DNA of 64,000 bases from the human T2T-CHM13v2.0 reference genome, Homo sapiens. The stretch lies in NCBI RefSeq assembly GCF_009914755.1, contig NC_060929.1; one strand, given 5' to 3'. Below, piece by piece: positions 44,101-57,100 of the stretch. Both the position numbers and the translations under genes were made by a program. Below the pieces are notes generated by a model, which was given only the letters and a program-made list of their open reading frames with translations, did not search any database and had not been told where the DNA came from. Position 1 is the stretch's first letter, and each line of letters starts with the position of its first letter.

Positions 44101-47100
44101 CCATTCCATTCCGTTCCATTCCATTCCATTCCTTTCCATTCCATTCCATGCCATTCCACTCGGGTTGATTCCATTCCTTTCCATTCCATTCGGATTGTAT
44201 CCATTCCATTCCATTCCATTCCATTGCACTCGGCTTCATTCCATTCCATTCCATTCCATTCCACTCCATTCCATTCCATTCCACTCCATTCCATTCGGGT
44301 TGATTCCATTCCATTCCATTTCATTCCATTCCATTCCATTCCATTCCACTCCATTCCATTCGGGATGATTCCATTCCATTCCATTCCAATCCATTCCATT
44401 CCATTCCACTCTGTTTGATTCAGTTGCATTCCATTCCATTCCACGCGATTTGATTCCATTCCATTCTATTCCGTTTCATTCCATTCCATGCCATACGATT
44501 TCATTACATTCCATTCCACTCGGGTACATTCCATTCCATTCCATTCCATTCCATTCCATTCCATTCAATTCAATTCTGGTAGATTCCATTCCATTCCATT
44601 CCATTCCATTCCATTCCATTCCATTCCATTCCATTGCACTCGGGTTGATTCCATTCCTTTCCATTCCATTCGATTACATACCCTTCCATTCCACTCGGAA
44701 TGATTCCATTCCATTCCATTCCATTCCATTGCATTCCATTTCAATCCATTCCATTCCATTCCATTCCATTCCATTCCATTCCATTCCAATTGGGTTGAAT
44801 CCATTCCATTCCATTTTGTTCCATTCCATTCTTTTCCGTACCATTCCGTTCCATTCCATTCCATTCCATTCCCTATGCATGCCATTCCACTCGGGTTGAT
44901 TCCTTTCAATTCCATTCCATTCGGGTTGATTATATTCCATTCCATTCCATTTCATTCCATTCCATTCCATTCCATTCCATTGCACTCAGGTTGATTCCAG
45001 TACATTCCATTCCATTCCATTCCATTCCATTCCATTCCATTCCATTTCATTGCATTCGGGATGATTCCATTCCATTCCATTCCATTCCATTGCATTCCAT
45101 TCCATTCCATTCCACTCGGGTTGATTCCATTCCATTCCTTTCCATTCAATTCCAGTCCCTTCCATTGCACTCGGGTTGATTCCATTCTTTTCCATTCCAC
45201 TGGATTACATTCCCTTCCATTCCAGTCGGAATGATTCTATTCAATTCCACTGCATTCCATTCCAAACCATTCCATTCCATTCCATTCCACTCGAGTTGAT
45301 TCCATTCCATTCTATTCCATTCCATGCCATTACATTCCATTCCATTTTTTTGCATTTCATTACATTCCATTCTATTCGGGTTGATTCTATTCAATTCCTT
45401 CACACTCCATTCCATTCCATTCCATTCCATTCCACACAATTCCATTCCATTCCATTCCATTACAATTGGGTTGAATCCATTTCGTTCCATTTTGTTCCAG
45501 TCCATTCTAATCCGTACCATTGAATTCCATTCCATTCCATTCCATTCCATGCCATTCCACTCGGGTTGATCCCTTTTCATTCCATTCTCTTCGGGTTGAT
45601 TCCATTCCATTCCATTCCATTCCATTGCACTCGAGTTCATTCCAATCCATTCCATTCCATTCCATTCCATTCCATTCCATTCCATTCCATTCCTTACTTT
45701 TCCATTCCATTCCACTCGAGTTGATTCCAGTCTATTCTTTTCCATTCCATTCCATTCCCTTTCATTCCACTCGGGGTGATTCCATTCCTTTCCATTCCAC
45801 TCGAATACATTCCCTTCTATTCAACTCAGAATGATTCCATTCCATTCCATTCCATTCCATTCGTTCCATTCCATTCTATTCCCTACCATTCCATTCCATT
45901 CCATTCCATTGCATTCCATTCCATTCCATGCCATTCCACTCGGGTTGATTCCATTCCTTTCCACTCCATTCGGGTTGAATCCATTCCATTCCATTCCATT
46001 TCATTCGATTCCATTCAATTGGACTCGGGTTGATTCCATTCCATTCCATTCCATTTCATTCCATTCCATTCCATTCCAGTCCACTCCATTCCATTCCGTG
46101 TGATTCCATTCCATTCCATTCCATTCCACTCTGTTTGATTCAGTTCCATTCCATTACATTCCACGTTATTTGATTCCATTCCATTTTATTCCGTTTCATT
46201 CCATTCCACGCCATAAGATTCCATTCCATTCCATTCCACTCGGGTACATTCCATTCCATTCCATTCCATTCCATTCCATTGCACTCGGGATGATTCCATT
46301 CCATTCCATTCCATTCCATTCCATTCCATTCCACTCCATTCCATTCCATTCCTTTCCATTCCACTCCCCTCGGATTGATTCCATTCCATTCCTTTCCATT
46401 CAATTCCATTCCCTTCCATTCCACTCGGGTGGATTCCATTCCTTTCCATTCCACTGGATTACATTCCCTTCCATTCCACTCGGAATGATTCCATTCCATT
46501 CCATTGCATTCCATTCCAATCCATTCCATTCCATTCCATTCCACTCGAGTTGATTCCATTCCATTCCATTCCATTCCATTCCATTCCATTCCATTCCATT
46601 CCTTTCCATTTCATTACATTCCATTCTATTCGGTTTCATTCTATTCAATTCCTTCACACTGCATTCCATTCCATTCCACACAATTCCATTCCATTCCATT
46701 CCATTCCAATTGGGTTGAATCCATTTCATTCCATTTCGTTCCAGTCCATTCTATTCCGTACCATTCAATTCCATTCCATTCCTTTCCATTCCATGCCATT
46801 CCAGTCGGGTTGATTCCTTTCATTCCATTCTCTTCGGGTTGATTCCATTCCATTCCATTCCATTGCACTTGAGTTGATTCCATTCCATTCCATTCCATTC
46901 CATTCCATTCCATTCCATTCCTTTCCATTCCATTCCACTCGAGTTGATTCCATTCTATTGTTTTCCATTCCATTCCATTTCCTTTCATTCCACTCGGGGT
47001 GATTCCATTCCTCTCCATTCCACTCGAATACATTCCCTTCTATTCAACTCGGAATTATTCCATTCTATTCCATTCCATTCCATTCCATTCCATTCCATTC

Positions 47101-49197
47101 CATTCCATTCCATTCCATTTCGTTCCATTCCATACTGTTCCGTACCATTCCATTCCATTCCATTCCATTCCATTGCATTCCATTCCATTCCATGCCATTC
47201 CACTCGGGTTGATTCCATTCCTTTCCACTCCATTCGGGTTGAATCCATTCCATTCCATTTCATTCCATTCGATTCCATTCAATTGCACTCAGGTTGATTC
47301 CATTCCATCCCATTCCATTCCATTCCATCCCATTCCATTCCATTCCACTCCATTCCATTCGGGGTGATTCCATTCCATTCCATTCCATTCCATTCCATTC
47401 CATTCTGTTTGATTCAGTTCCATTCCATTACACTCCACGCGATCTGATTCCATTCCATTCTATTCCGTTTCATTCCATTCCACTCCATAAGATTCCATTA
47501 CATTCCATTCCACTCGGGTACATTCCAGTCCATTCCATTCCATTCCATTCCATTCCATTCCATTCCATTCCATTCCATTCTGATAGATTCCATTCCATTC
47601 CATTCCATTCAATTCCATTACATTCCATTGCACTTGGGTTGATTCCATTCCGTTCCATTCCACTCAGTTACACTCCCTTCCATTCCACTCGGGATGATTC
47701 CATTCCATTCCATTCCATTCCATTGCATTCCATTCCAATCCATTCCATTCCATTCCATTCCATTACATTCCATTCCACTCGGGTACATTCCATTCCATTC
47801 CATTCCATTCCATTCCATTCCAATTGGAATGGATTGGGTTGAGTCCATTCCATTCCATTTCGTTCCATTCCATTCTATTCCGTACCATTCCGTTCCATTC
47901 CATTCCATTCCATTCCATTCCATTCCATTCCATGCCATTCCACTCGGGTTGATTCCTTTCAATTCCATTCCATTCGGGTTGATTATATTCCATTCCATTC
48001 CATTCCATTCCATTCCATTCCATTCCATTCCATTCCATTCCATTGTACTCAGGTTGATTCCATTCCATTCCATTCCATTCCATTCCATTCCATTCCATTC
48101 CATTCCATTCCATTTCATTGCATTCGGGATGATTCCATTCCATTGCGTTCCATTCCATTCCATTCCATTCCATTCCACTCGGGTTGATTCCATTCCATTC
48201 CTTTCCATTCAATTCCATTCCCTTCCATTGCACTCGGGTTGATTCCATTCCTTTCCATTCCACTGGATTACATTCCCTTCCATTCCACTCAGAATGATTC
48301 CATTCAATTCCACTGCATTCCATTCCAAACCATTCCATTCCATTCCATTCCACTCGAGTTGATTCCATTCCAATCTATTCCATTCCATTCCATTACATTC
48401 CATTCCATTTTTTTCCATTTCATTACATTCCATTCTATTCGGGTTGATTCTATTCAATTCCTTCACACTCCATTCCATTCCATTCCATTCCATTCCACAA
48501 AATTCCATTCCATTCCAATTGGGTTGAATCCATTTCATTCCATTTTGTTCCAGTCCATTCTAATCCATACCATTCAATTCCATTCCATTCCATTCCATTC
48601 CATTCCATTCCATGCCATTCCACTCGGGTTGATCCCTGTTCATTCCATTCTCTTCGGGTTGATTCCATTCCATTCCATTCCATTGCACTCGAGTTCATTC
48701 CAATCCATTCCATTCCATTCCATTCCATTCCATTCCATTCCATTCCATTCCTTTCCATTCCATGCAATTCCACTCGGGGTGATTCCATTTCATTCCATTC
48801 TATTCGCGTTGATTGCATTCCATTCCATTCCATTCCATTCCATTCCATTCCATTCCATTCCATTCCATTGCACTAGAGTTGATTCCATTCCATTCCATTC
48901 CATTCCATTCCATTCCTTTGCATTCCATTCCACTCGGGTTGATTCCATTCTATTCTTTTCCATTCCATTCCATTCCGTTCCATTCCTCTCGTGTTTATTC
49001 CATTCCTTTCCATTCCACTCGAATACATTCCCTTCTATTCCACTCGGAATGATTGCACTCCATTCCATTCCATTCCATTCCATTCCATTCCATTCCGTTC
49101 AAATTCACTTCGTTTCATTGCATTCTATTCCGTTCCATTCCTTTCCATTCCATTCCATGCCATTCCACCCGGGTTGATTCCATTCCTTTCCATTCCA
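38157..49197 (+). repeat. Copy 2 of the ~11.03 kb tandem duplication
   Basis: Starts at cgggttgattccattcctttccattcca-ctggattac (matches 27128 onward). Ends at cccgggttgattccattcctttccattcca (matches 38155-38184), after which the sequences diverge (ttcggattgaatcc versus ctggattac). Confidence 0.95.
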
Positions 49198-52100
49198 TTC
49201 GGATTGAATCCATTCCATTCCATTCTATTCCATTCCATTCCATTCCATTCCATTGCACTCGGCTTCAGTCCATTCCATTCCATTCCATTCCATTCCACTC
49301 CATTCCATTCCATTCCACTCCATTCCATTCGGGATGATTCCATTCCATTCCATTCCAATCCATTCCATTCCATTCCACTCTGTTTGATTCAGTTGCATTC
49401 CATTCCATTCCACGCGATTTGATTCCATTCCATTCTATTCCGTTTCATTCCATTCCACGCCATACGATTCCATTCCATTCCACTCCATTCGGGTACATTC
49501 CATTCCATTCCATTCCATTCCATTCCATTCCATTCCATTCCATTCCATTCTGGTAGATTCCATTCCATTCCATTCCATTCCACTCTGGTTGAATCCGATT
49601 CATTCCATTCCATTCCATTCCATTCCGTTCCATTCCATTCCATTCCTTTCCATTCCATTCCATGCCATTCCACTCGGGTTGATCCCTTTTCATTCCATTC
49701 TCTTCGGGTTGATTCCATTCCATTCCATTGCATTGCACTCGAGTTCATTCCAATCCATTCCATTCCATTCCATTCCATTCCGTTGCATTCCATTCCTTTG
49801 TTTTCCATTCCATTCCACTCGAGTTGATTCCAGTCTATTCTTTTCCATTCCATTCCATTCCCTTTCATTCCACTCGGGGTGATTCCATTCCTTTCCATTC
49901 CACTCGAATACATTCCCTTCTATTCAACTCGGAATGATTCCATTCCATTCCATTCCATTCCATTCCATTCCATTCCATTCCATTTCGTTCCATTCCATTC
50001 TATTCCCTACCATTCCATTCCATTCCATTCCATTGCATTCCATTCCATTCCCTGCCATTCCACTCGGGTTGATTCCATTCCTTTCCACTCCATTCGTGTT
50101 GAATCCATTCCATTCCATTCCATTTCATTTGATTCCATTCAATTGGACTCGGGTTGATTCCATTCCATTCCATTCCATTTCATTCCATTCCATTCCATTC
50201 CATTCCACTCCATTCCATTCAGTGTGATTCCATTCCATTCCATTGCATTCCACTCTGTTTGATTCAGTTGCATTCCATTCCATTCCACGTTATTTGATTC
50301 CATTCCATTTTATTCCGTTTTATTCCATTCCACGCCATAAGATTCCATTCCATTCCATTCCACTCGGGTACATTCCATTCCATTCCATTCCATTCCATTC
50401 CATTCCATTCCATTCCATTCCATTGCACTCGGGATGATTCCATTCCATTCCATTCCATTCCATTCCATTCCATTCAAATTCATTTCGTTGCATTCCATTC
50501 TATTCCGTTCCATTCCTTTCCATTCCATTCCATGCCATTCCACTCGGGTTGATTCCATTCCTTTCCATTCCATTCGGATTGTATCCATTCCATTCCATTC
50601 CATTCCATTGCACTCGGCTTCATTCCATTCCATTCCATTCCATTCTACTCCATTCCATTCCATTCCACTCCATTCCATTCGGGTTGATTCCATTCCATTC
50701 CATTTCATTCCATTCCATTCCATTCCATTCCACTCCATTCCATTCGGGATGATTCCATTCCATTCCATTCCAATCCATTCCATTCCATTCCACTCTGTTT
50801 GATTCAGTTGCATTCCATTCCATTGCACGCGATTTGATTCCATTCCATTCTATTCCGTTTCATTCCATTCCATGCCATACGATTTCATTACATTCCATTC
50901 CACTCGGGTACATTCCATTCTATTCCGTTTCATTCCATTCCATGCCATACGATTTCATTACATTCCATTCCACTCGGGTACATTCCATTCCATTCCATTC
51001 CATTCCATTCCATTCAATTCAATTCTGGTAGATTCCATTCCATTCCATTCCATTCCATTCCATTCCATTGCACTCGGGTTGATTCCATTCCTTTCCATTC
51101 CATTCGATTACATACCCTTCCATTCCACTCGGAATGATTCCATTCCATTCCATTCCATTGCATTCCATTTCAATCCATTCCATTCCATTCCATTCCATTC
51201 CATTCCATTCCATTCCATTCCAATTGGGTTGAATCCATTCCATTCCATTTCGTTCCATTCCATTCTTTTCCATACCATTCCGTTCCATTCCATTCCATTC
51301 CATTCCATTGCATGCCATTCCACTCGGGTTGATTCCTTTCAATTCCATTCCATTCGGGTTGATTATATTCCATTCCATTCCATTTCATTCCATTCCATTC
51401 CATTCCATTCCATTCCATTCCATTGCACTCAGGTTGATTCCAGTACATTCCATTCCATTCCATTCCATTCCATTCCATTCCATTTCATTGCATTCGGGAT
51501 GATTCCATTCCATTCCATTCCATTCCATTCCATTCCATTCCACTCGGGTTGATTCCATTCCATTCCTTTCCATTCAATTCCAGTCCCTTCCATTGCACTC
51601 GGGTTGATTCCATTCTTTTCCATTCCACTGGATTACATTCCCTTCCATTCCAGTCGGAATGATTCTATTCAATTCCACTGCATTCCATTCCAAACCATTC
51701 CATTCCATTCCATTCCACTCGAGTTGATTCCATTCCATTCTATTCCATTCCATGCCATTACATTCCATTCCATTTTTTTGCATTTCATTACATTCCATTC
51801 TATTCGGGTTGATTCTATTCAATTCCTTCACACTCCATTCCATTCCATTCCATTCCATTCCACACAATTCCATTCCATTCCATTCCATTACAATTGGGTT
51901 GAATCCATTTCGTTCCATTTTGTTCCAGTCCATTCTAATCCGTACCATTGAATTCCATTCCATTCCATTCCATTCCATGCCATTCCACTCGGGTTGATCC
52001 CTTTTCATTCCATTCTCTTCGGGTTGATTCCATTCCATTCCATTCCATTCCATTGCACTCGAGTTCATTCCAATCCATTCCATTCCATTCCATTCCATTC

Positions 52101-54175
52101 CATTCCATTCCATTCCTTACTTTTCCATTCCATTCCACTCGAGTTGATTCCAGTCTATTCTTTTCCATTCCATTCCATTCCCTTTCATTCCACTCGGGGT
52201 GATTCCATTCCTTTCCATTCCACTCGAATACATTCCCTTCTATTCAACTCGGAATGATTCCATTCCATTCCATTCCATTCTATTCCATTTCGTTCCATTC
52301 CATTCTATTCCCTACCATTCCATTCCATTCCATTCCATTCCATTGCATTCCATTCCATTCCATTCCATGCCATTCCACTCGGGTTGATTCCATTCCTTTC
52401 CACTCCATTCGGGTTGAATCCATTCCATTCCATTCCATTTCATTCGATTCCATTCAATTGGACTCGGGTTGATTCCATTCCATTCCATTCCATTTCATTC
52501 CATTCCATTCCATTCCAGTCCACTCCATTCCATTCCGTGTGATTCCATTCCATTCCATTCCATTCCACTCTGTTTGATTCAGTTCCATTCCATTACATTC
52601 CACGTTATTTGATTCCATTCCATTTTATTCCGTTTCATTCCATTCCACGCCATAAGATTCCATTCCATTCCATTCCACTCGGGTACATTCCAGTCCATTC
52701 CATTCCATTCCATTCCATTCCATTCCACTCGGGTACATTCCATTCCATTCCATTCCATTCCATTCCATTCCATTCCATTCCATTGCACTCGGGATGATTC
52801 CATTCCATTCCATTCCATTCCATTCCATTCCACTCCCCTCGGGTTGATTCCATTCCATTCCTTTCCATTCAATTCCATTCCCTTCCATTCCACTCGGGTG
52901 GATTCCATTCCTTTCCATTCCACTGGATTACATTCCCTTCCATTCCACTCGGAATGATTCCATTCCATTCCATTGCATTCCATTCCAATCCATTCCATTC
53001 CATTCCATTCCACTCGAGTTGATTCCATTCCATTCCATTCCATTCCATTCCATTCCATTCCATTCCTTTCCATTTCATTACATTCCATTCTATTCGGTTT
53101 CATTCTATTCAATTCCTTCACACTGCATTCCATTCATTCCACACAATTCCATTCCATTCCATTCCATTCCAATTGGGTTGAATCCATTTCATTCCATTTC
53201 GTTCCAGTCCATTCTATTCCGTACCATTCAATTCCATTCCATTCCTTTCCATTCCATGCCATTCCAGTCGGGTTGATTCCTTTCATTCCATTCTCTTCGG
53301 GTTGATTCCATTCCATTCCATTCCATTGCACTTGAGTTGATTCCATTCCATTCCATTCCATTCCATTCCTTTCCATTCCATTCCACTCGAGTTGATTCCA
53401 TTCTATTGTTTTCCATTCCATTCCATTTCCTTTCATTCCACTCGGGGTGATTCCATTCCTCTCCATTCCACTCGAATACATTCCCTTCTATTCAACTCGG
53501 AATTATTCCATTCTATTCCATTCCATTCCATTCCATTCCATTCCATTCCATTCCATTTCGTTCCATTCCATACTGTTCCGTACCATTCCATTCCATTCCA
53601 TTCCATTCCATTGCATTCCATTCCATTCCATGCCATTCCACTCGGGTTGATTCCATTCCTTTCCACTCCATTCGGGTTGAATCCATTCCATTCCATTTCA
53701 TTCCATTCGATTCCATTCAATTGCACTCAGGTTGATTCCATTCCATCCCATTCCATTCCATTCCATTCCATTCCATTCCATTCCACTCCATTCCATTCGG
53801 GGTGATTCCATTCCATTCCATTCCATTCGGTTTGATTCAGTTCCATTCCATTCCACTCCACGCGATCTGATTCCATTCCATTCTATTCCGTTTCATTCCA
53901 TTCCACTCCATAAGATTCCATTACATTCCATTCCACTCAGGTACATTCCAGTCCATTCCATTCCATTCCATTCCATTCCATTCCATTCCATTCCATTCCA
54001 TTCTGATAGATTCCATTCCATTCCATTCCATTCAATTCCATTACATTCCATTGCACTCGGGTTGATTCCATTCCGTTCCATTCCACTCAGTTACACTCCC
54101 TTCCATTCCACTCGGGATCATTCCATTCCATTCCATTCCATTCCATTGCATTCCATTCCAATCCATTCCATTCCA
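42250..54175 (+). repeat. Older tandem dimer of a ~5.5 kb unit (~42250-47750) and a ~6.4 kb unit (~47750-54175) that carries an extra ~0.8 kb
   Basis: Shared rare markers: palindrome 42345/47814; cggcttcagtcc 43741/49260; cggattgtatcc 44191/50575; identical ORF 45176/51604 (offset 6428); ccactcagttacactccc ~47660/~54083. Boundaries approximate. Confidence 0.8.
50851..50990 (+). repeat. Exact 70-bp tandem duplication
   Basis: tattccgtttcattccattccatgccatacgatttcattacattccattccactcgggtacattccattc at 50851-50920 and 50921-50990. It is single copy in the paralogs near 33433 and 44467. Confidence 0.95.
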
Positions 54176-57100
54176 TTCCATTCCAATTGTATTGAATCCA
54201 TTCCATTCCATTTCGTTCCATTCCATTCTATTCTGTACCATTCCGTTCCATTCCATTCCATTCCATTGCATTCCATTCCATTCCATTCCATTCCATTCCA
54301 TTCCATTCCATTCCATGCCATTCCACTCGGTTTGATTCCATTCCACTCCATTCCTTTTGGGTTGATTATATTCCATTCAATTCCATTCCATTCCACTCGG
54401 GTTGATTCCATTCCATTCATTTCCATTCCATTCCATTCCCTTCCATTCCACTCGGGTTGATTCCATTCCTTTCCATTCCATTCGATTACATTCCCTTCCA
54501 TTCCACTCGGAATGATTCCATTCCATTTCATTGCATTCCATTCCAATCCATTCCATACCATTCCATTCCACTCGAGTTGATTCCATTCCATTCCATTCCA
54601 TTCCATTCCATTCCATTCGGGTTGATTATATTCAATTCTTTACACTCCATTCCATTCCATTCCACACAATTCCATTCCATTCCATTCCATTCCAATTGGT
54701 TTGAATACATTCCATTCCATTTCTTTCCATTCCATTCTATTCCGTTCCATTCCATTCCATTCCATTCCATTCCATTCCATTCCATTGCATTCCGTTCAAT
54801 TCCATTCCATTCGGGTTGATTCTATTCAATTCCTTTACCCTCCATTCCATTCCATTCCATTCCACACAATTCCATTCCATTCCGTTCCAATTGGGTTGAA
54901 TCCATTCCGTTCCATTTCGTTCCATTCCATTCTATTCCGTACCATTCCATTCCAATCCATTCCTTTCCATTCCATGCCATTCCACTCGGGTTGATTCCAT
55001 TCCATTCCATTCTATTCAGGTTGATTCCATTCCATTCCATTGCATTCCTTTCCATTCCATTCCATTCCATTCCATTCCACTCGGGTTGATTCGATTCCTT
55101 TCCATTCCACTCGATTAAATTCCCTTCCATTCCACTCGGAATGTTTCCATTCCATTCCATTGCATTCCGTTCCATTCCATTCTATTCCATTCCATTCCAC
55201 TCGAATTGATTCCATTCCATTCCATTCCATTGCCTTTCAGTTGGGTTGAATCAATTTCATTCAATTTCATTCCATTCCATTTCGTTCCATTCCATTCTAT
55301 TCCGTACCATTCAATTGCATTCCATTCCTTTCCATTCCATGCCATTCCACTCGAGTTCATTCCATTTCATTCCATTCTATTCCGGTTGATTCCATTCCAT
55401 TCCATTCCCTTCCATTCCCTTCCATTCCATGGCATTCCAGTTGATTCCATTCCATTCCATTCCATTCCACTCCATTCCATTCCATTGCACTCGAGTGAAT
55501 TCCATTCCATTCCATTCCATTCCATTCCATTCCATTCCATTCCATTCCTTTTCATTCCATTCCACTCTGCTTGATTCCATTCTATTCTTTTCCATTCCAT
55601 TCCGTTCCCTTCCATTCCACTCGGGTTGATTCCATTCCTTTCCATTCCACTCGAATACATTCCCTTCTATTCCACTCGGAAAGATTCCACTCCATTCCAT
55701 TCCATTCCAATCCATTCCATTCCATTTCATTCCATTCCATTCTATTCCGTACCATTCCTTTCCATTCCTTTCCATTCCATGCCATTCCACTCGGGTTGAT
55801 TCCATTCCTTTCCATTCCATTCGGGTTGAATCCATTCCATTCCATTCGATTCCATTCGATTCCATTCCATTGCACTCGGGTTGATTCCATTCCATTCCAT
55901 TCCATTCCATTCCATTCCATTCCATTCCAATCCACTCTGTTTGTTTCAGTTCCATTCCATTCCATTCCACGCTATTTGATTCCATTCCATTCTATTCCGT
56001 TTCATTCCATTCCACGCCATACGATTCCATTCCATTCCATTCCATTCCGGTACATACCTTTCCATTCCATTCCATTCCATTCCATTCCATTCCATTCCAT
56101 TCCATTCCATTCTGGTAGATTCCATTCCATTCCATTCCATTCCACTGCACTCGGGTTGATTCCATTCCTTTCCATTCCACTCGATTACATTCCCTTCCAT
56201 TCCACTCGGAATGATTCCATTCCATTACATTCCATTCCATTGTATTCCATTCCTTTCCACTCCATTCCATTCCATTCCATTCGGGTTGATTCTAACCAAT
56301 TCCTTTACACTCGGGTTGATTCCATTCCACTCCATTGCATTCCATTCCAATCCATTCCATTCCATTCCACTGGAGTTGATTCCATTCCATTCCATTCCAA
56401 TCCATTCCATTCCATTCCATTGCATTCCTTTCAGGTTGATTCTATTCAATTCCTTTACACTCCATTCCATTCCATTCCATTCCACTCAATTCCATTCCAT
56501 TCCATTCCATTCCAATTGTGTTGAATCCATTCCATTCCATTTCGTTCCATTCCATGCTATTCCGTACGATTCCATTCCATGCTATTCCATTCCATTCCAT
56601 TCCATTACATTCCATTACATTACATTGCACTGGTGTTGATTCCATTCCATTTCATTCCATTGCTTTTCATTCCATTCCGTTCCACAGGAGTTGATTCCAT
56701 TCCATTCCATTCCATTTCATTCCACGCCACTCCATTCGATTCCATTCCATTCCACTCCATTCGGGTAGTTTCAATTTCATTCCATTCCCTTCCATTCCAT
56801 TCCACTCAGGTTCACTCGATTCCATTCCATTCCATTCCATTCCATTCCATTCCATTCCATTCCAATCAGCTCGATTCCATTCCATTCCATTTCGATCCAT
56901 TCCACTCTATTCTCTTCCATTCCATTCCATTCCATTCCATTCCATTCTATTCCATTCCATTCCAATCTGGTTGTTTCCATTCCATTCCATTTCGATCCAT
57001 TCCAATCTATTCCATTCCATTCCATTCCCTTCCATTCCAATCGGGTTGATTCCATTACATGACATTCCATTCCATTCCATTCCATTCCATTCCATTCCAT

